Assembly: GCA_904063045.1 (NCBI GenBank)
Contig: CAJFCJ010000010.1
Location: forward strand, 1,550,001 to 1,614,000
Origin: Dimorphilus gyrociliatus
Lineage: Eukaryota; Animalia; Annelida
DNA length: 64,000 nucleotides
Direction: 5' to 3'
The position numbers were made by a program, and so were the translations under genes. Position 1 is the stretch's first letter; each line of letters begins with the position of its first letter. Positions 26,702-39,123 of the stretch are shown here, piece after piece. The notes under the pieces are model-generated. The model ran no database searches. It saw only the letters and a list, made by a program, of their open reading frames with translations, and was not told the origin of the DNA.

Positions 26702-27892
26702 TTAAACAAACATTAAAAATTTGTCATATTGCAAATAACTTATAATAGAAGGGGGTAGAGGAAGTCGCTCAACGTCGAAGGCGACGTTCCGTAATTGAGA
26801 TCTTATCTTAAGACGACAAAAATGCGATAATGACGGTGGTTTTGAGGTCCAATCTTTAACCACTTTTTTGCAAGCCTTTTCTCTGTCCGTATTTCCTATC
26901 ATATGCATTTGGAATGTGGTGTTGCATATATTTAGACCAGCGTGTAGTAGCATTGATAACACTGACGGACACTGGTAGAATAGTATCGAGTTTTCTTTAT
27001 CAATAGTCTTAATATTTGTCCCATACAAAAGCAGGAGCCTAATCAATTCCCTCCTACTATTTAAGCTTGCTTTTAGAGCTAATTCTAAAAGCGGGACTGC
27101 TTTCGTACTTCTATTTGGATCATATCCTCGTTTTAGAAAGATTTCCATTATTTTTGGTAGGCATAGTTGAATTGCCTTTTCTAGCGCTGCGCCAATGCAA
27201 ACGCCTTGAGCTAAGAAAGCCTCATATAAAATCTCCACTATTTTAACATTATTCGTTTCTATGGCGTCTACTAAAAGCGTTCTTGACGGATCAGTTCCCA
27301 CTTTACAATCAACACCCGCTCCTGCCTCTAGCAGCGCCCTCAAGCATCCTATCGATTCGGCAGATAGAGCCAAAGGCAAAGCGGACGATAGATAACCCTG
27401 ACGACCAATTTTTCCGCCGTGTTCTATAAGAAGTTTAACTCCCGAAACGTCCCCATTCTTACTGGCCAGCATCAGTGGTGTATACCCGGAAGCATCCGAA
27501 ACGTCCGCTCTAATGCCTAATTTTAAGAGTCGTTTTATGCACTGATAAGATCTTAGTGTAACTGCAACGTGAAGAGCCGTTTTTCCATTGTTGCCTTCCG
27601 ATTTAGCTCCACCCCGAACTAAAACTTCTAGTAAATCTACCCAACCTAACCTTACAGCCAATGTCAATGCAGTTTCACCATTCTGGTCCAAGCGGTCTAA
27701 TTTAGCTCGTTTGAGAGTTTCCTTGAGCAAAGTTATATTACCAGAAGCAACAGCTTGATGTAAAGGTGGCATTGCTGGATCACAGAAGTATTGACCAACA
27801 AAAGCCACATTTTCTCGTTGAACGGAATTTATTGATGCCTTTTTTGATGCATCTTCTAATTCTGCTACAGCGTAGCTTTTAACCCTCAACAT
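26702..27892 (-). CDS. Ankyrin repeat and SOCS box (ASB-family) protein, uninterrupted 396-aa ORF
   Basis: Multiple ankyrin repeats (PPLHQAV, GETALTLAV, GKTALHVAV, GYTPLMLAS) and a C-terminal SOCS box PPSLSHFCRLKIRSQL..VERLPLPPSIISYL. Confidence 0.9.
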   Translation of the reverse strand: MLRVKSYAVAELEDASKKASINSVQRENVAFVGQYFCDPAMPPLHQAVASGNITLLKETLKRAKLDRLDQNGETALTLAVRLGWVDLLEVLVRGGAKSEGNNGKTALHVAVTLRSYQCIKRLLKLGIRADVSDASGYTPLMLASKNGDVSGVKLLIEHGGKIGRQGYLSSALPLALSAESIGCLRALLEAGAGVDCKVGTDPSRTLLVDAIETNNVKIVEILYEAFLAQGVCIGAALEKAIQLCLPKIMEIFLKRGYDPNRSTKAVPLLELALKASLNSRRELIRLLLLYGTNIKTIDKENSILFYQCPSVLSMLLHAGLNICNTTFQMHMIGNTDREKACKKVVKDWTSKPPSLSHFCRLKIRSQLRNVAFDVERLPLPPSIISYLQYDKFLMFV

Positions 27893-28512
27893 TTAGATCT
27901 GAAAAAGTGGTGATTTACAGTAATCAATGTCATACTTATTCTCCTGTAGAAACAAACGTATGGGGTTACGACTTTTCTATTTTTTTTCCTGATTTTCTAC
28001 GACAGGTGGAAATAATTTATAACAGCTGCTTATCTTAGCAAAATCGCGCACGTTATATATTATGCTCTGATGATAAATATCTAATTTTAAGTTAAGAGAA
28101 ATAATTTTTTGAACTGCTTTACTTTTTCATATGATATGAACGCATAGTAAAGTTTTTTGATAATCGTTTCCTTCGACTCGGTGCTTAAATATCCAACCTT
28201 ATTTTAAAATCCGAAGAGTGAATATGAATTATAAAAGAGAGCGATGATAGGTGAATGAAGATTCTTTTACGTCACAGTTGAATGATGATTTTTTCATCTG
28301 TACAAAGTACCTAAAATATATATCTTTGACAAAATAAAATCGTTTTACGTGAAATAAACTTACGTTTAGAACATGACTAATGCTTAGTGAATAGATATAG
28401 ATCAAAAAACCAAACAAGAGTGATAATATGTGAAATAAACAAAACAAAAAAAAATATCGTAAACTTTTGGAGTTCTTTTATTGATTTTAGTTTAATTTTT
28501 ATAGAATATGAG

Positions 28513-28522
28513 GCGCCATCTA
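28513..28522 (-). promoter_or_regulatory. CTCF-like core motif TAGATGGCGC
   Basis: Matches the YAGRKGGCGC core; one of at least 8 similar non-coding hits in the window. Confidence 0.45.
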
Positions 28523-29654
28523 TACTAAAATAACATTCTCATCGAATGTCTTGAGAAGAATAAAGTTAAACACTGAAGAGAAAAGATATATCTATCAAAA
28601 AAATAATAGTAAACTGAAGATAAACGAAAGATATAGAGAGTTCTAAATATTACTATAATCGAGAAGGGAGAGAACCAAGACAAATTTACAAAGAAAGATT
28701 TAAACTAAAGTAATCTAAGATTATAAATAATCAATTCGGTTAATTTATCTTTCAGGATAGACATAGAATTACAGAATGTTCTATATATTGCAATATGTTC
28801 TATAAATATTTTCTTATATATTTTACAAAGGTAATTTGTAAGTTCAAGAAGAAGAGGAAATAATTTCGTAGAATAAAAGAAATGAAAATGTTAAATCACC
28901 TTCTAATATAGTATTTTAGATAAATTGTTTCCTTAAAATATCCTTATCTTAAAGAAATGCTTAAAGGTAAGTGGAATGCTTACGAAGAATATAGAATTTT
29001 TCGCGACGGAATTGTATAGAATATAAGGGTTTATAAAGATAAATTCAGTAATATATACAATTATTGCATTAGACTTATCTAACTGCATTACACAGAAAGA
29101 TTCCAGATCTTAAATAAGGTAAATACTGTTTTTTTTTATTGACCTAAGAGGAAAATTTTTTTACCAATTCTGTCAAGTGAATAAGATTATCTTGATTGCT
29201 TTTAGAAAGATTGAAAGGACATGTAAATATCTTTATTCTTTATGATGTTTTTTTATTTGTAACTGAAAAGGAAAGACATAAAATAGATGGATAAATTAAA
29301 TATTAAAAGCTGTCTGTAATCAAAATAACAAATTTAGCAATTAGATAAGAAACGGATTCTCTTTTGTACTGGATTATGTCTTCTTTCCTAACAATTCCTT
29401 TAATTCCTTTACATTAAGATAAATAAAGATTACTTTATTTTGAAGAAAATCAGCCATTATTTATTTCAGTATTCTTGGAATAGGCTAATATTAATTACAA
29501 ATTTAAGCTTTTTGGCAAGTGAATAAAGGCATGTCCAACGCCATCTACAGAGAATCATTAGAATAGTGATTGGGTTGTTTCTGTGCTATTTTCAGTACGT
29601 AGAATGATAAAATTATCATTTCGCAAATTATTCTAAATATCTGTATAAGAATTT

Positions 29655-32600
29655 TCAAACGTAGGGATTATATTGATCAACTGCAAAATTAAAGGACAGT
29701 GCAGCTGGAGATGAAGCATATTTTAACCATAATGGTCTGTTAATGGCTTTCAATTTGGGAAACCATTGGTCAGGCTCCGTTACATTTTCGTCTCCTATTA
29801 ATAAATTATTAGGGACAGTGTCAGCGGTAACTCAGATAGCATTAAATTAATTTTTTACCATATATATGCCGGACTAAGGCCTCCTGTTTAGCTGAGATTA
29901 CTGCTGGGTCCCATATTTGTAACACTTTTCTCTTTTTTGAGGTTAATTCATTCAATTTGGACAAGACTCTCCTCCTATCATTAATTTAAACAGGCAATTA
30001 CATATATGAATAATGCAGCATGGTAACCAAACTTTCTATACCTATAATACTTTCTCCAAGCCAACTGAATAGTTAACGCTGCCAATTCTCTAATCATATC
30101 GTCATTTCCGTTCCTGACGAATCCGCTGGATTTATACCTTTGGAAACAAAATTTTTTACCAAATTAAGGATGCTACTTAAAAATAAATAGAAGAATGATC
30201 ACCGTCTCCAAGCTCTTTGAATTACAATTGCGGCTGTAATTTTTGCTTTTATCAATTTTTTTCTCTCTTTTTCTCTGCTGATATTTCTTCGATAACTATT
30301 CTTTCTCTCCAGTATCATCTCGTTAGTTTCGGAACGATCTATTTGTTTTGAGTTTTTCGAATTTTTTTTGGTTACCGGAAGTTTCTCTGCACGTATATGC
30401 CTAGATTGCTTCCTGGAATACGTTTATTTTAGTAAAAGTCAAAGTTCGTTGAAAAATCTCCTTCAACCTTCCTCTATCAATATTTCCCCGTTAACAGTAT
30501 TTACCTTTTTTCTTCAAGTTGTTTCTGATGCTTTTTTCTTAATAAGTTTCTCTTTTCTTCTAATTCCCTTCGAACAGCTAAACCTCGAATGACTGATTGA
30601 ATTTTTGTAGCAGCCGATTCTTGAATTCCTCTAATGGAGAGGGCCCCCTGTTCAATTAAGAATTGTGCCACTTTTTGGTGATTCTCCAATAACGCATAAT
30701 CTAACGGAGTGTATTTATCCTCAGTTAATTCCATATTATTAAGAGAGGCTTGAAATTGTATTAAAATTTTAGCAGATTCCAGATGACCTTTACTACAAGC
30801 CCAGTGAAGTGCTGTCATGCCCTAGAAAAAGTACAAAATATAGAAATTAATGTTTTATTATATTTTGTTAATTTTGTAAATAAAATAGAACTTACTTCGT
30901 TATCTTGCCAATTCGGATCAGCCTTGTATTCTATCAAAATTATCATACAATTTACATGACCACTATATGATGCACATTGCAAAGGAGTTCGACTGTTATA
31001 TATAAATATATATATATACAGTATATTTATTTTTTACAAAGTTATAAACTAGATCTTTAAAAAAAACTAAACTAAAAAAATAACTAACCCTGATCTATCG
31101 TAAACATCCGGATTCAATCCAAACTTAATTAACATGGAACATATGTGGGCGTGGCCGGAAAGAGAAGCCCAGTGCAGAGCGGATCTACCATCAGCATCCC
31201 TAGTTTCTAAATCCACTCCACTTTGGTATAAAATACGAAGAACTTCTTCGTGACCATACTCGCATGCACGGAAAAGTGGAGTTAAACTTAATTGGTCCAT
31301 TACATTCTTATCCGATCCATAGGCTAGAAGCAATTTTACCGTAGAAGCGTGACCATTTTGAGCAGCTGCGTGCAAAGCGGTTGCACCGTGATTATCAACA
31401 TGATGAACATTGCAACCGGCTTCTACCAAGAGAGACAGAGCATCGTCAGCTCCGTGACCGGAGGCCCAAATTAGAGCAGTCCTTCCCTCGCCGTCCGATT
31501 CGTCCCTAATTACCTGAGAAATTCCGCCCAAAAGAGCTTTTACGCAGCCAGAATAATTATTCTTTGCACTGTAATGCAAAGCGGTTGCGCCGTTACTGTC
31601 TGTCATTCCGCAATCAATCTTAAATTCCATAAGAATTTTTACTATTTCTTGCCTTCCCAACACCGATGCCCAGTGTAAAGGAGTACGGAATAGAGAATCA
31701 ACACAAGAAACGGAGCATTTCTCATTAGAAGCCTAGAAATAGAAATTCTGCAGATAGCTCCAATAAAAATTTAATTAATAACTGACTAATGTCCTGACAG
31801 CATTCTCGTCACCATAGGCGGCTGCCTGGTGTAAAGATGTTCTTCCTTCATAATCCTGTACGTTAATTATACTCGGTTCCACTTCCTATTCAAAAAATAA
31901 TTACTTCTTAATTAAATCGCTCAGTTTTTAACAGAATTTCATGTTATTATTATAAATATTGTGATTATAATTATTTACAAGTAGATAACTAATGCAGTCA
32001 GTTGCGAATTGCCCTTTTCCCATTGCTGCCCAATGTAGGGAAGTTTTACCAGTGATGTCTTGAGTAGAAGCCTTCATTCCCTAGTGTTTTTGAGACATTG
32101 TATGAAATTATGTCATAATTACGTAATAGATCATAGTCTATATTTAGAAATTTTGATTTTTACATTATTTATAAGTATTTTAACAATTTCTAGATGGCCA
32201 GACGAACAACTCCAATGCAATGCAGTTTTCTGTTTATAAAAAAAATAGATTTCTCTAATTAACGCTGTTTTTTAACAGAAATATTTTGCCATTAACTTTT
32301 TGCTTATCCGTATCTTCCAGGTCACGAGCATTTAGATGCTTTAACATTAAATTTAAGCATTTTGCATTCGAATACCTAGACGATAGAAGGAGAGAATTTA
32401 ATCCTTCGTTATCTTTGTCCATAATATTTGCTCCCCTTTGTAAAAGCATCTCTATAAATGCAATGTTTCCCTGACAAAGTATATAATGAATGTATTAATC
32501 GATTAATTAATTAGCTATTATTCTTCTAAAGACCTTCTGCACGGCGTAATGTAAAGCTGTTTTGCCTGTAGAATCTTTAATCGTAATGTCAGGGTCATAG

Positions 32601-32842
32601 TTTAACAAAACCTCAAAGCAGTCAGTGTATTCCCCGAGAATTGAATATAATAATGGGCTTTTCCCTGTTTTGTCCTGCGTATTTAAATTCTTCGTACCTT
32701 CCACTTCTAATTGTTTTTCTAAAGATTCCTTATCTCCATTCGATATGTATTTATGTAAGTTTGTTAATCGGGAATAATTAGTGCCACTTGATCTTCGATC
32801 GTTCAACAATTTTGGCTTGGCCGACTTTTTTCTTGGTTGCAT
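29655..32842 (-). CDS. INVS: Inversin (NPHP2) orthologue, 12 exons, about 789 aa
   Basis: Exons 32842-32534, 32470-32297, 32229-32164, 32080-31979, 31885-31787, 31732-31089, 30992-30896, 30821-30505, 30412-30203, 30137-30042, 29974-29859 and 29794-29655 are phase-consistent. The ankyrin array has inversin-specific blocks (QDYEGRT.LH, DSLFRTPLHWA, TPLFRACEYGH, RTPLQCASY, YTPLDYALL, GALSI..IQESAATKIQ) followed by IQ motifs. Confidence 0.93.
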
Positions 32843-33084
32843 GTTCCTGTTTTGGTTAGAGAAGATTTAATTCACCGTCTTAATCTTAATCAGTTGCATT
32901 TGATAGGCCTATATAGTTTTTCAATTGTATAAAGATTACACCAGTAAAGTTATTAATTGTATTATATATACGTATTTGATATTGGGATATAGTTAAACTA
33001 TAATTTATTAACAATAGATATTTGCTGTCGTCAATCTACTAAACTGCGTTACTGCGAACTTTGTTAAGAACAAACAACTGCAAA

Positions 33085-33111
33085 AGAGAGAGAGAGAGAG
33101 AGAGAGAGAGA
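33085..33111 (+). repeat. (AG)n microsatellite upstream of INVS
   Basis: Read directly. Confidence 0.9.
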
Positions 33112-35055
33112 CGGTTGAGATACAGCTGATTTTTCAGTTTCTTATAAAAGCGTCTAATCTTTTGTAACAAACAAAAGAGAGAGAATCGAAGTAAGAAAAT
33201 AAATTAACAGCCAAATTTCAACTTTTTTGATATATTACATAACTTTTTAATTTTCTTAAATGATCTTTTTTCTTCTCTTTCTCTCTCTCTGCCTCTCTTC
33301 CCTTCCTTGTCCATCCTCAATTATTTGTTGAAACCTAAAAAACGAATACTTTCAACTTACTTTTTACATTAATATTTAGTATTTAAAGAACCAAACGGAT
33401 TTTCATTGTGATAGTTAGAACTAATAAGGCCTATACTGTCGTTAAGTTAGTAAAGTATAATTATATCTAATGAATATTCAAATGAAAAAGATTGATCTAT
33501 TACGCTGTTATGACTACAACGTAGGATAAGCTATTCTTTCTCTTTTAGATCTGTTAACGAATCGTAACGGGTAATGCCATCTACCCTTCCCGTGGCGAAT
33601 TACGCCGTTTTACAAGCTAAGCCTAATATAAGTGAGACCCGCAAGCATTATATTAATTAGCAAGGGAGAAAGAAGACAAACGAGAAAGCTTCTATCAAAG
33701 TTTTCCATTAAATTAGTCTTTTTTTCCAGGAATAAAAAGTTAACCTCTAATGTTGCCGTTCCTCTTCCCATTCAAGTACTAAAGACATAAGAGCCATAAC
33801 TTTATATCTATAGAGTCGATAATTGTACGGATATTTGATCGTATTCTTTACTTCAATTCCATCTCTCGTATTACTTTCCCCCCGTCGAAAAAGAAGCAAT
33901 CATTAGATTAGGATCTGATGAAAATCTTAATTGTCATATGAATTATGAATAAAGAGGGGCTCTTAAAAGATAAAAAGGATTCCATTATTATAATATTTCT
34001 TTTATATTAGTTTACTTTATTCTAGACAATAGAGACATCGTTAATTAAAAATGAAAAAAAATTTCCCCAAAAAAATATGGTTCAATATAAAAATTGGAAA
34101 AGACAAAAAAACTTGTCCAAATCATTCACTTTACATTTAAAAGTAAAAGAAAAAAGAGGAGAAAGTAATTTTTAAACAAATTTTACAGAACGGAGAAGGT
34201 GAAGGAGGGGAAGGGCTGGGAGAAGGAGAGAATAGATACAGTTATATACGAATGGAAGATGATGGATACACTGCATAATGTCATATTTTCTTTATACACA
34301 CCACAATGACAATGATGATAATGATATATGAATATAAATGATCGAAAAAATCAAAAATTAAGACAAATAAACAAAAAAATCAAAAAAGCAACAGAGAGAG
34401 AGAGAGAGAGGGAGAGAGAAAAAGATAATGAGATATGGTCCAATTTTTTTTCCTTTGTCTTCTAATATTAAAAACAAAAGTGAAAATTAAATATTTTTCT
34501 GTTTTCATCAAACATAATATGGGAAAAAACAAGAGATAGAGAGATAGAGAGAGAGAGAGAGGAATAGTATATACTACAAGTCTAAATTAGCTAATTTAAA
34601 TATTATTTCAATCTATATAGGTTTTTTTTTGTTGTTGTTTTTTAAAAATTTTGTGTACATTTTACATTAATATTTCTTAATAAAATAAAAAATTTAAACT
34701 AGTTTTGTTTTTTTTTAAAAAAACAAAAAGATTAAATATTATTTGCAAGATTGAGTTTTTTTTTCATTATTGTTATTATGATTATGAGAGGATAAGTATA
34801 ATTAAGTGGTGATTGAGACAAACATGATTTAAATGGGTGAAATTTATGACGATGATGATTATTATTATGATGATGAATGATAATGACGATGTATTATTAA
34901 TACATAATAATTAAAGGATAAGCGAAAAATGTGGCGTTTTTAGATGACACTCTTTTTAATGGTTATTAACAAATGAACATACAGAAAAAGAGGGAACGAA
35001 ATAAATGAAGAAAGAGCACGAAACCCATGCGAAAGAGGAAGGTTTTAATGTTCCA

Positions 35056-36468
35056 TTATTCTAGTTCGAAGTCTATAAACTGAGATAAAACGTCCTTTAT
35101 ATTGTAGGAGAAAAGCTTTCGTTCTGTATGAATAAAAAAGAAAAGCAGATGTAATTAAATATATATATATATATATAATTTTTTATTAGTTGTTACACAC
35201 TACTCTTTAGTGTGTGACCTAATTTAAAGCTTTTATTAGAATAGAAAACGGATATTTTTTATTTGTTTTTGTTTTTTTTTTACCTAATTGAACGACTGTC
35301 GACTCCATTCCACCTTCAAATTGTTCTATTTTTTTTTCATATTCTCCTAGTTGTTTTTTAACGCCATTGGTTTTCCGATGAAGTTTCTCGTTCAAACTCT
35401 TTAAATCTTCAACGTACGAATCCAAATTCTTTAATCGAGAAGTTCGCCTGCGAGCTTCGCGCCAAGTAGCCTTAATCGGTGATATTTCTGGCGGAGTGAC
35501 AATCCTAGGTAGTTTGGCCTCTGACTGTTTCTCTTGTAATTGACTTTTAAGTTTTTGATGATGTTCTTCCCACTGGCTATGTTCATTCTTATACCTTTAT
35601 TGAAGAAAAGAAAGAGAGTAGTTGTAAACTTTTTTGTTTTGTTATTTTTTATTAATAATACATCTTTACTTAATGAACTGGAAAATTATCTTACTTTTCA
35701 ATATCATCCTCTAATACTTTATGATTGACATTCTCCTCAACGGTTAGTCTATAGATAAAAGAACAGGATATAGAATTATATATAAGAAACGAATGAATAA
35801 CACAATCATATTAACAAAATATACACACCTTTCTTGAGCGACTTGCGAAAAATTCTCCGTCTTTTTCACTTCGCCAACCATTTCTTTAATCTCCTTTACA
35901 GTATCTCGAGAGAGAGAATCGGTACCCAATGTCTGCTTAGTTGTATTTAATACAGCTTTTATTATCCTATATTCAGCCATATTTTCGGGTGTAGCCTGTG
36001 TTTTATACAACAAATAATAATATACTCTTAATCATTATCGATTATTGCTATCTAAATGAGCAATCAGAAGCAAAATTTGACAAGTCGATTTCAATGTTTA
36101 AATTAACTAACCTGTTCGGGGAACTTTACAAAGCAGTTTTTCTTGATCTTCTTCACGACAGGCTGATCATTTTCATCGTCTCGTTGTTGTTTATCGATAT
36201 AAGTTTTCAGGTTCATAATAACCGGTGGTTCGGGCTGAGATTTGATTTCGTTTCGAACAGGCCGTTTAACTGCATTTCCACGGCAGAAAGGAGAAGTTTG
36301 AGTATAGGTATTGCAAACCCCTTGGAATTCCTGCATGATACTTTCGGAATCAAGAAAAACTTCTTCAGTTTCAGTTGTTATTCGTACAACGGTTTGAGTA
36401 GACGCTTCCATCGTCTGACGACGTTTCTTCGCTGGAATAATAAAGGCTTCTTGTTTATTAGCCGCCAT
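35056..36468 (-). CDS. Uncharacterised protein, 5 exons, about 318 aa, with N-terminal TQT motifs and a C-terminal coiled coil
   Basis: Exons 36468-36112, 35995-35829, 35748-35695, 35594-35284 and 35123-35056 join in phase with canonical GT-AG sites; good start context (AAAATCATGG). No family recognised. Confidence 0.7.
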
Positions 36469-36503
36469 GATTTTGAATTTAGGTATAGCTAAATAACGGA
36501 AAA

Positions 36504-36517
36504 AACTAGCAACCCTG
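36504..36517 (-). promoter_or_regulatory. RFX-like half-site CAGGGTTGCTAGTT
   Basis: Contains the GTTGCTAG core 36-49 nt upstream of the ATG at 36468; an identical 14-mer occurs at 44799-44812. Confidence 0.45.
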
Positions 36518-37332
36518 GAGCATGCCTAGTGCACTCTGGTGTACAACAGTTTCTTATTTGAAACACTTAGTTATATTCTATTGAAATTTTATCAACACAA
36601 AGTTTGTTTTTTCAAAATTTAAACTCACTAAGTAGTAATTTACTTTAACATATTCTCACTATTTTTATAATGATTTTATAAACGAATATTAATAGTTTTT
36701 TTTTAATTTACTCTATTTATTAAGATTTAATTTAAATGTTATGTAATTATCCCATATTAAATGTTATTAGTAATTATAAATTTACGCAAAAAAATTATGT
36801 ATTATCTATTTGAAAAAGCTAAATTTATGATAAAAATATAATATATACCAGTAATTTCCTGTTGGCAAGTACCGTAAACTGAATTTAGAGTTACCGATTT
36901 TGAGTAGTTGTATGTCAACTGTAACCCAGACAGGCTGAATATCCTTGGTTTCCAGGGTTTTTAGGTCATCGTCACTAATGAATGCTTAAAAAAAATAATA
37001 ACACGAGACCATGTAAGCAGCCAATTTCCCAAAAGTTCTAAATAGAGTTTGAACTCTACTTTCTCTCAACAATGCATGGCTTAATAATTTTACTATAAAA
37101 AAGCTACTTTTTAAAATTTCTTGCTAAACTATTCAGGTTGTTCGTTAAGCTAAGTAAAAAGGTAAGAATGAGGGTAATAGGTCTATTTAAGTGCTCTTGT
37201 ATTTGTTTTTTGTTCAACATGCACATTTTTTTCGGCTAGACAGATCGCGTGATACCATTGCCTTCAGTTTCTCAACGACCGTTATTGCCTGTTTACGCGC
37301 CAAAAAATTTGTCCGGAAACGGAATTCTTCTA

Positions 37333-37353
37333 GCACGTGATCAAATCATGTGA
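37333..37353 (+). promoter_or_regulatory. Tandem E-box/M-box (GCACGTGA and TCATGTGA), MITF/TFEB CLEAR-like sites upstream of V-ATPase F
   Basis: Two sites 134-154 nt upstream of the ATG at 37487; V-ATPase genes are established MITF/TFEB targets. Confidence 0.55.
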
Positions 37354-37486
37354 TTGCATTATCGTAAGGACTGAACAGATATTGAAAACATACAATAATT
37401 AATAAATATCAAACCGATCAAACTAGCAAATTTCTTAGATAATTGTACAAATCCTTAACTTTTATTCTTTTGCTGTAACGATAAGA

Positions 37487-38154
37487 ATGGCGCATTTAGG
37501 AATAAAAGGAAAACTGTTGGCAGTAATAGGTGATGAAGATACATGTACTGGATTCTTATTGGGAGGAGTTGGGGAGTTGAACAAGCATCGGCATCCAAAT
37601 TTCCTTGTAGTTAGTAAGAGTAAGTGAATATCTAGATATTTTTTCAATGAAATAAGATTTAAAGATTAAAAATAACTTCGCTATTCTTAGATACTCCTGT
37701 GTCAGAAATAGAAGACTCCTTCAAAGCCTTCCTAAGTCGTACTGATATAGCAATTATACTTATAAATCAACACGTAAGTAGTATGTTTTTCCAATGAATT
37801 AATTAATAATTTATTGGTAATTTCTTGAATAAACAAACAAACAATAAATAATAAAGATAAATTTTACAGATTGCAGAATTAATAAGACATCAGTTAGATG
37901 CACATGTTAAACCAACACCTGCCGTTTTGGAAATTCCATCAAAGGATCATCCATACGACGCTTCAAAAGATTCCATTCTTCTTAGAGCCAAGGTAATGAA
38001 AATATTAAATATTTTCCGTATTAATAGAGAACGTAAGAAGTGTATTATAACTATAGAATTGAATGTATAACGTATATTTCTACAGTTGATTGCATAATGA
38101 TTTTTTTTCTTTTCTCTCCTTCAGGGAATGTTTAGCGCCGATGACTTTAAATGA
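37487..38154 (+). CDS. ATP6V1F: V-type proton ATPase subunit F, 4 exons, 122 aa
   Basis: Not in the ORF track. Exons 37487-37619, 37691-37773, 37870-37992 and 38125-38154 give [78 protein letters not shown]. Confidence 0.97.
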
Positions 38155-38307
38155 AGTGAAATTGAACAACCACAAAGAGCGAATGAATGAATGAATAAAT
38201 AAATAAAAGGAAGGAAGAAAGAAAGAAAAGAGGGCAAAAAAATGTGTTTAGTTAGTCGATTAGTAAAAATTGTATAGAACTACTATAACACGTTCAATAA
38301 ATATATT

Positions 38308-38633
38308 TCAACCCTTATTGGCTCTCTCGTTAGTAGCAATCGAGGGTAGTGTGAAAAGTTTACCTAGAATCCTATCTAATTGGAATCGATTCGTTGAAGG
38401 ATTGGCAAAGTCATATTTAAAAGTTCTTTCTCTTTCTAGATGACGATTGTCTATTCTTCTAAAATACGTATGAGTCTTCTCTCTTCTTAAATCCAATTTT
38501 TTCATATCTTTTCTCAACTTTTCCTTTCTATAATTATAATTTTTTTTTTCATAAAGCAAATTATTACCGAAATTCTTATTTAATTGCAGATTAAATAGGC
38601 CTACTACTATTGATATTTAAACTATTCTTTTCA

Positions 38634-38675
<42 letters not shown>

Positions 38676-39123
38676 TAAATAGAAAGAAAAATGTTAAATA
38701 ATGAAAGAGATTTGTTGATTTTATATATAAAAAAAGAAGTACAATAATTTAGTTAAAATAAATTAATAGTTAAAAAACTATAACAAGTTTTTTTGGCCAA
38801 AGGTACTGTAGCTTTATTAAATATGCAAAAGCCTTTTCAATTAGGCTGTAATAACGCTACTTGATAGAACCTTAATCCCTACCAAGACTATCATAAAATT
38901 ATATGTGAGTATAAAAATAGAGAATTTTGGTAAAATTTTACTTTAATTCCATGTAATACTGTTGACGTTGAATATCTGAAGTAGCAACTTTTGCGTCTAA
39001 AGCATAGCGTCTTATAACTCTGTCTCTATGCTTTGCCAACTCTTGATGATTGAGAAATAGTTGTTTATGATTTGTCTGCTTCCTCATGGATTCAAATTTC
39101 GCCAGACGAGTTTGTTCATCCAT
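38308..39123 (-). CDS. Uncharacterised small basic helical protein, 2 exons, about 133 aa
   Basis: Exons 39123-38942 (donor GTAAAA, phase 2) and 38527-38308 (acceptor TATAG) join in frame. K/R-rich and helical; no family recognised with confidence. Confidence 0.65.
38637..38673. repeat. (AT)18 microsatellite in the intron of the small orphan gene
   Basis: Read directly. Confidence 0.92.

Noticed and set aside
35998-36492. 164-aa plus-strand ORF
   Set aside because: It lies antisense to exon 1 of the orphan gene, whose minus-strand exons have consistent splice sites and phases; no motif supports the plus ORF.
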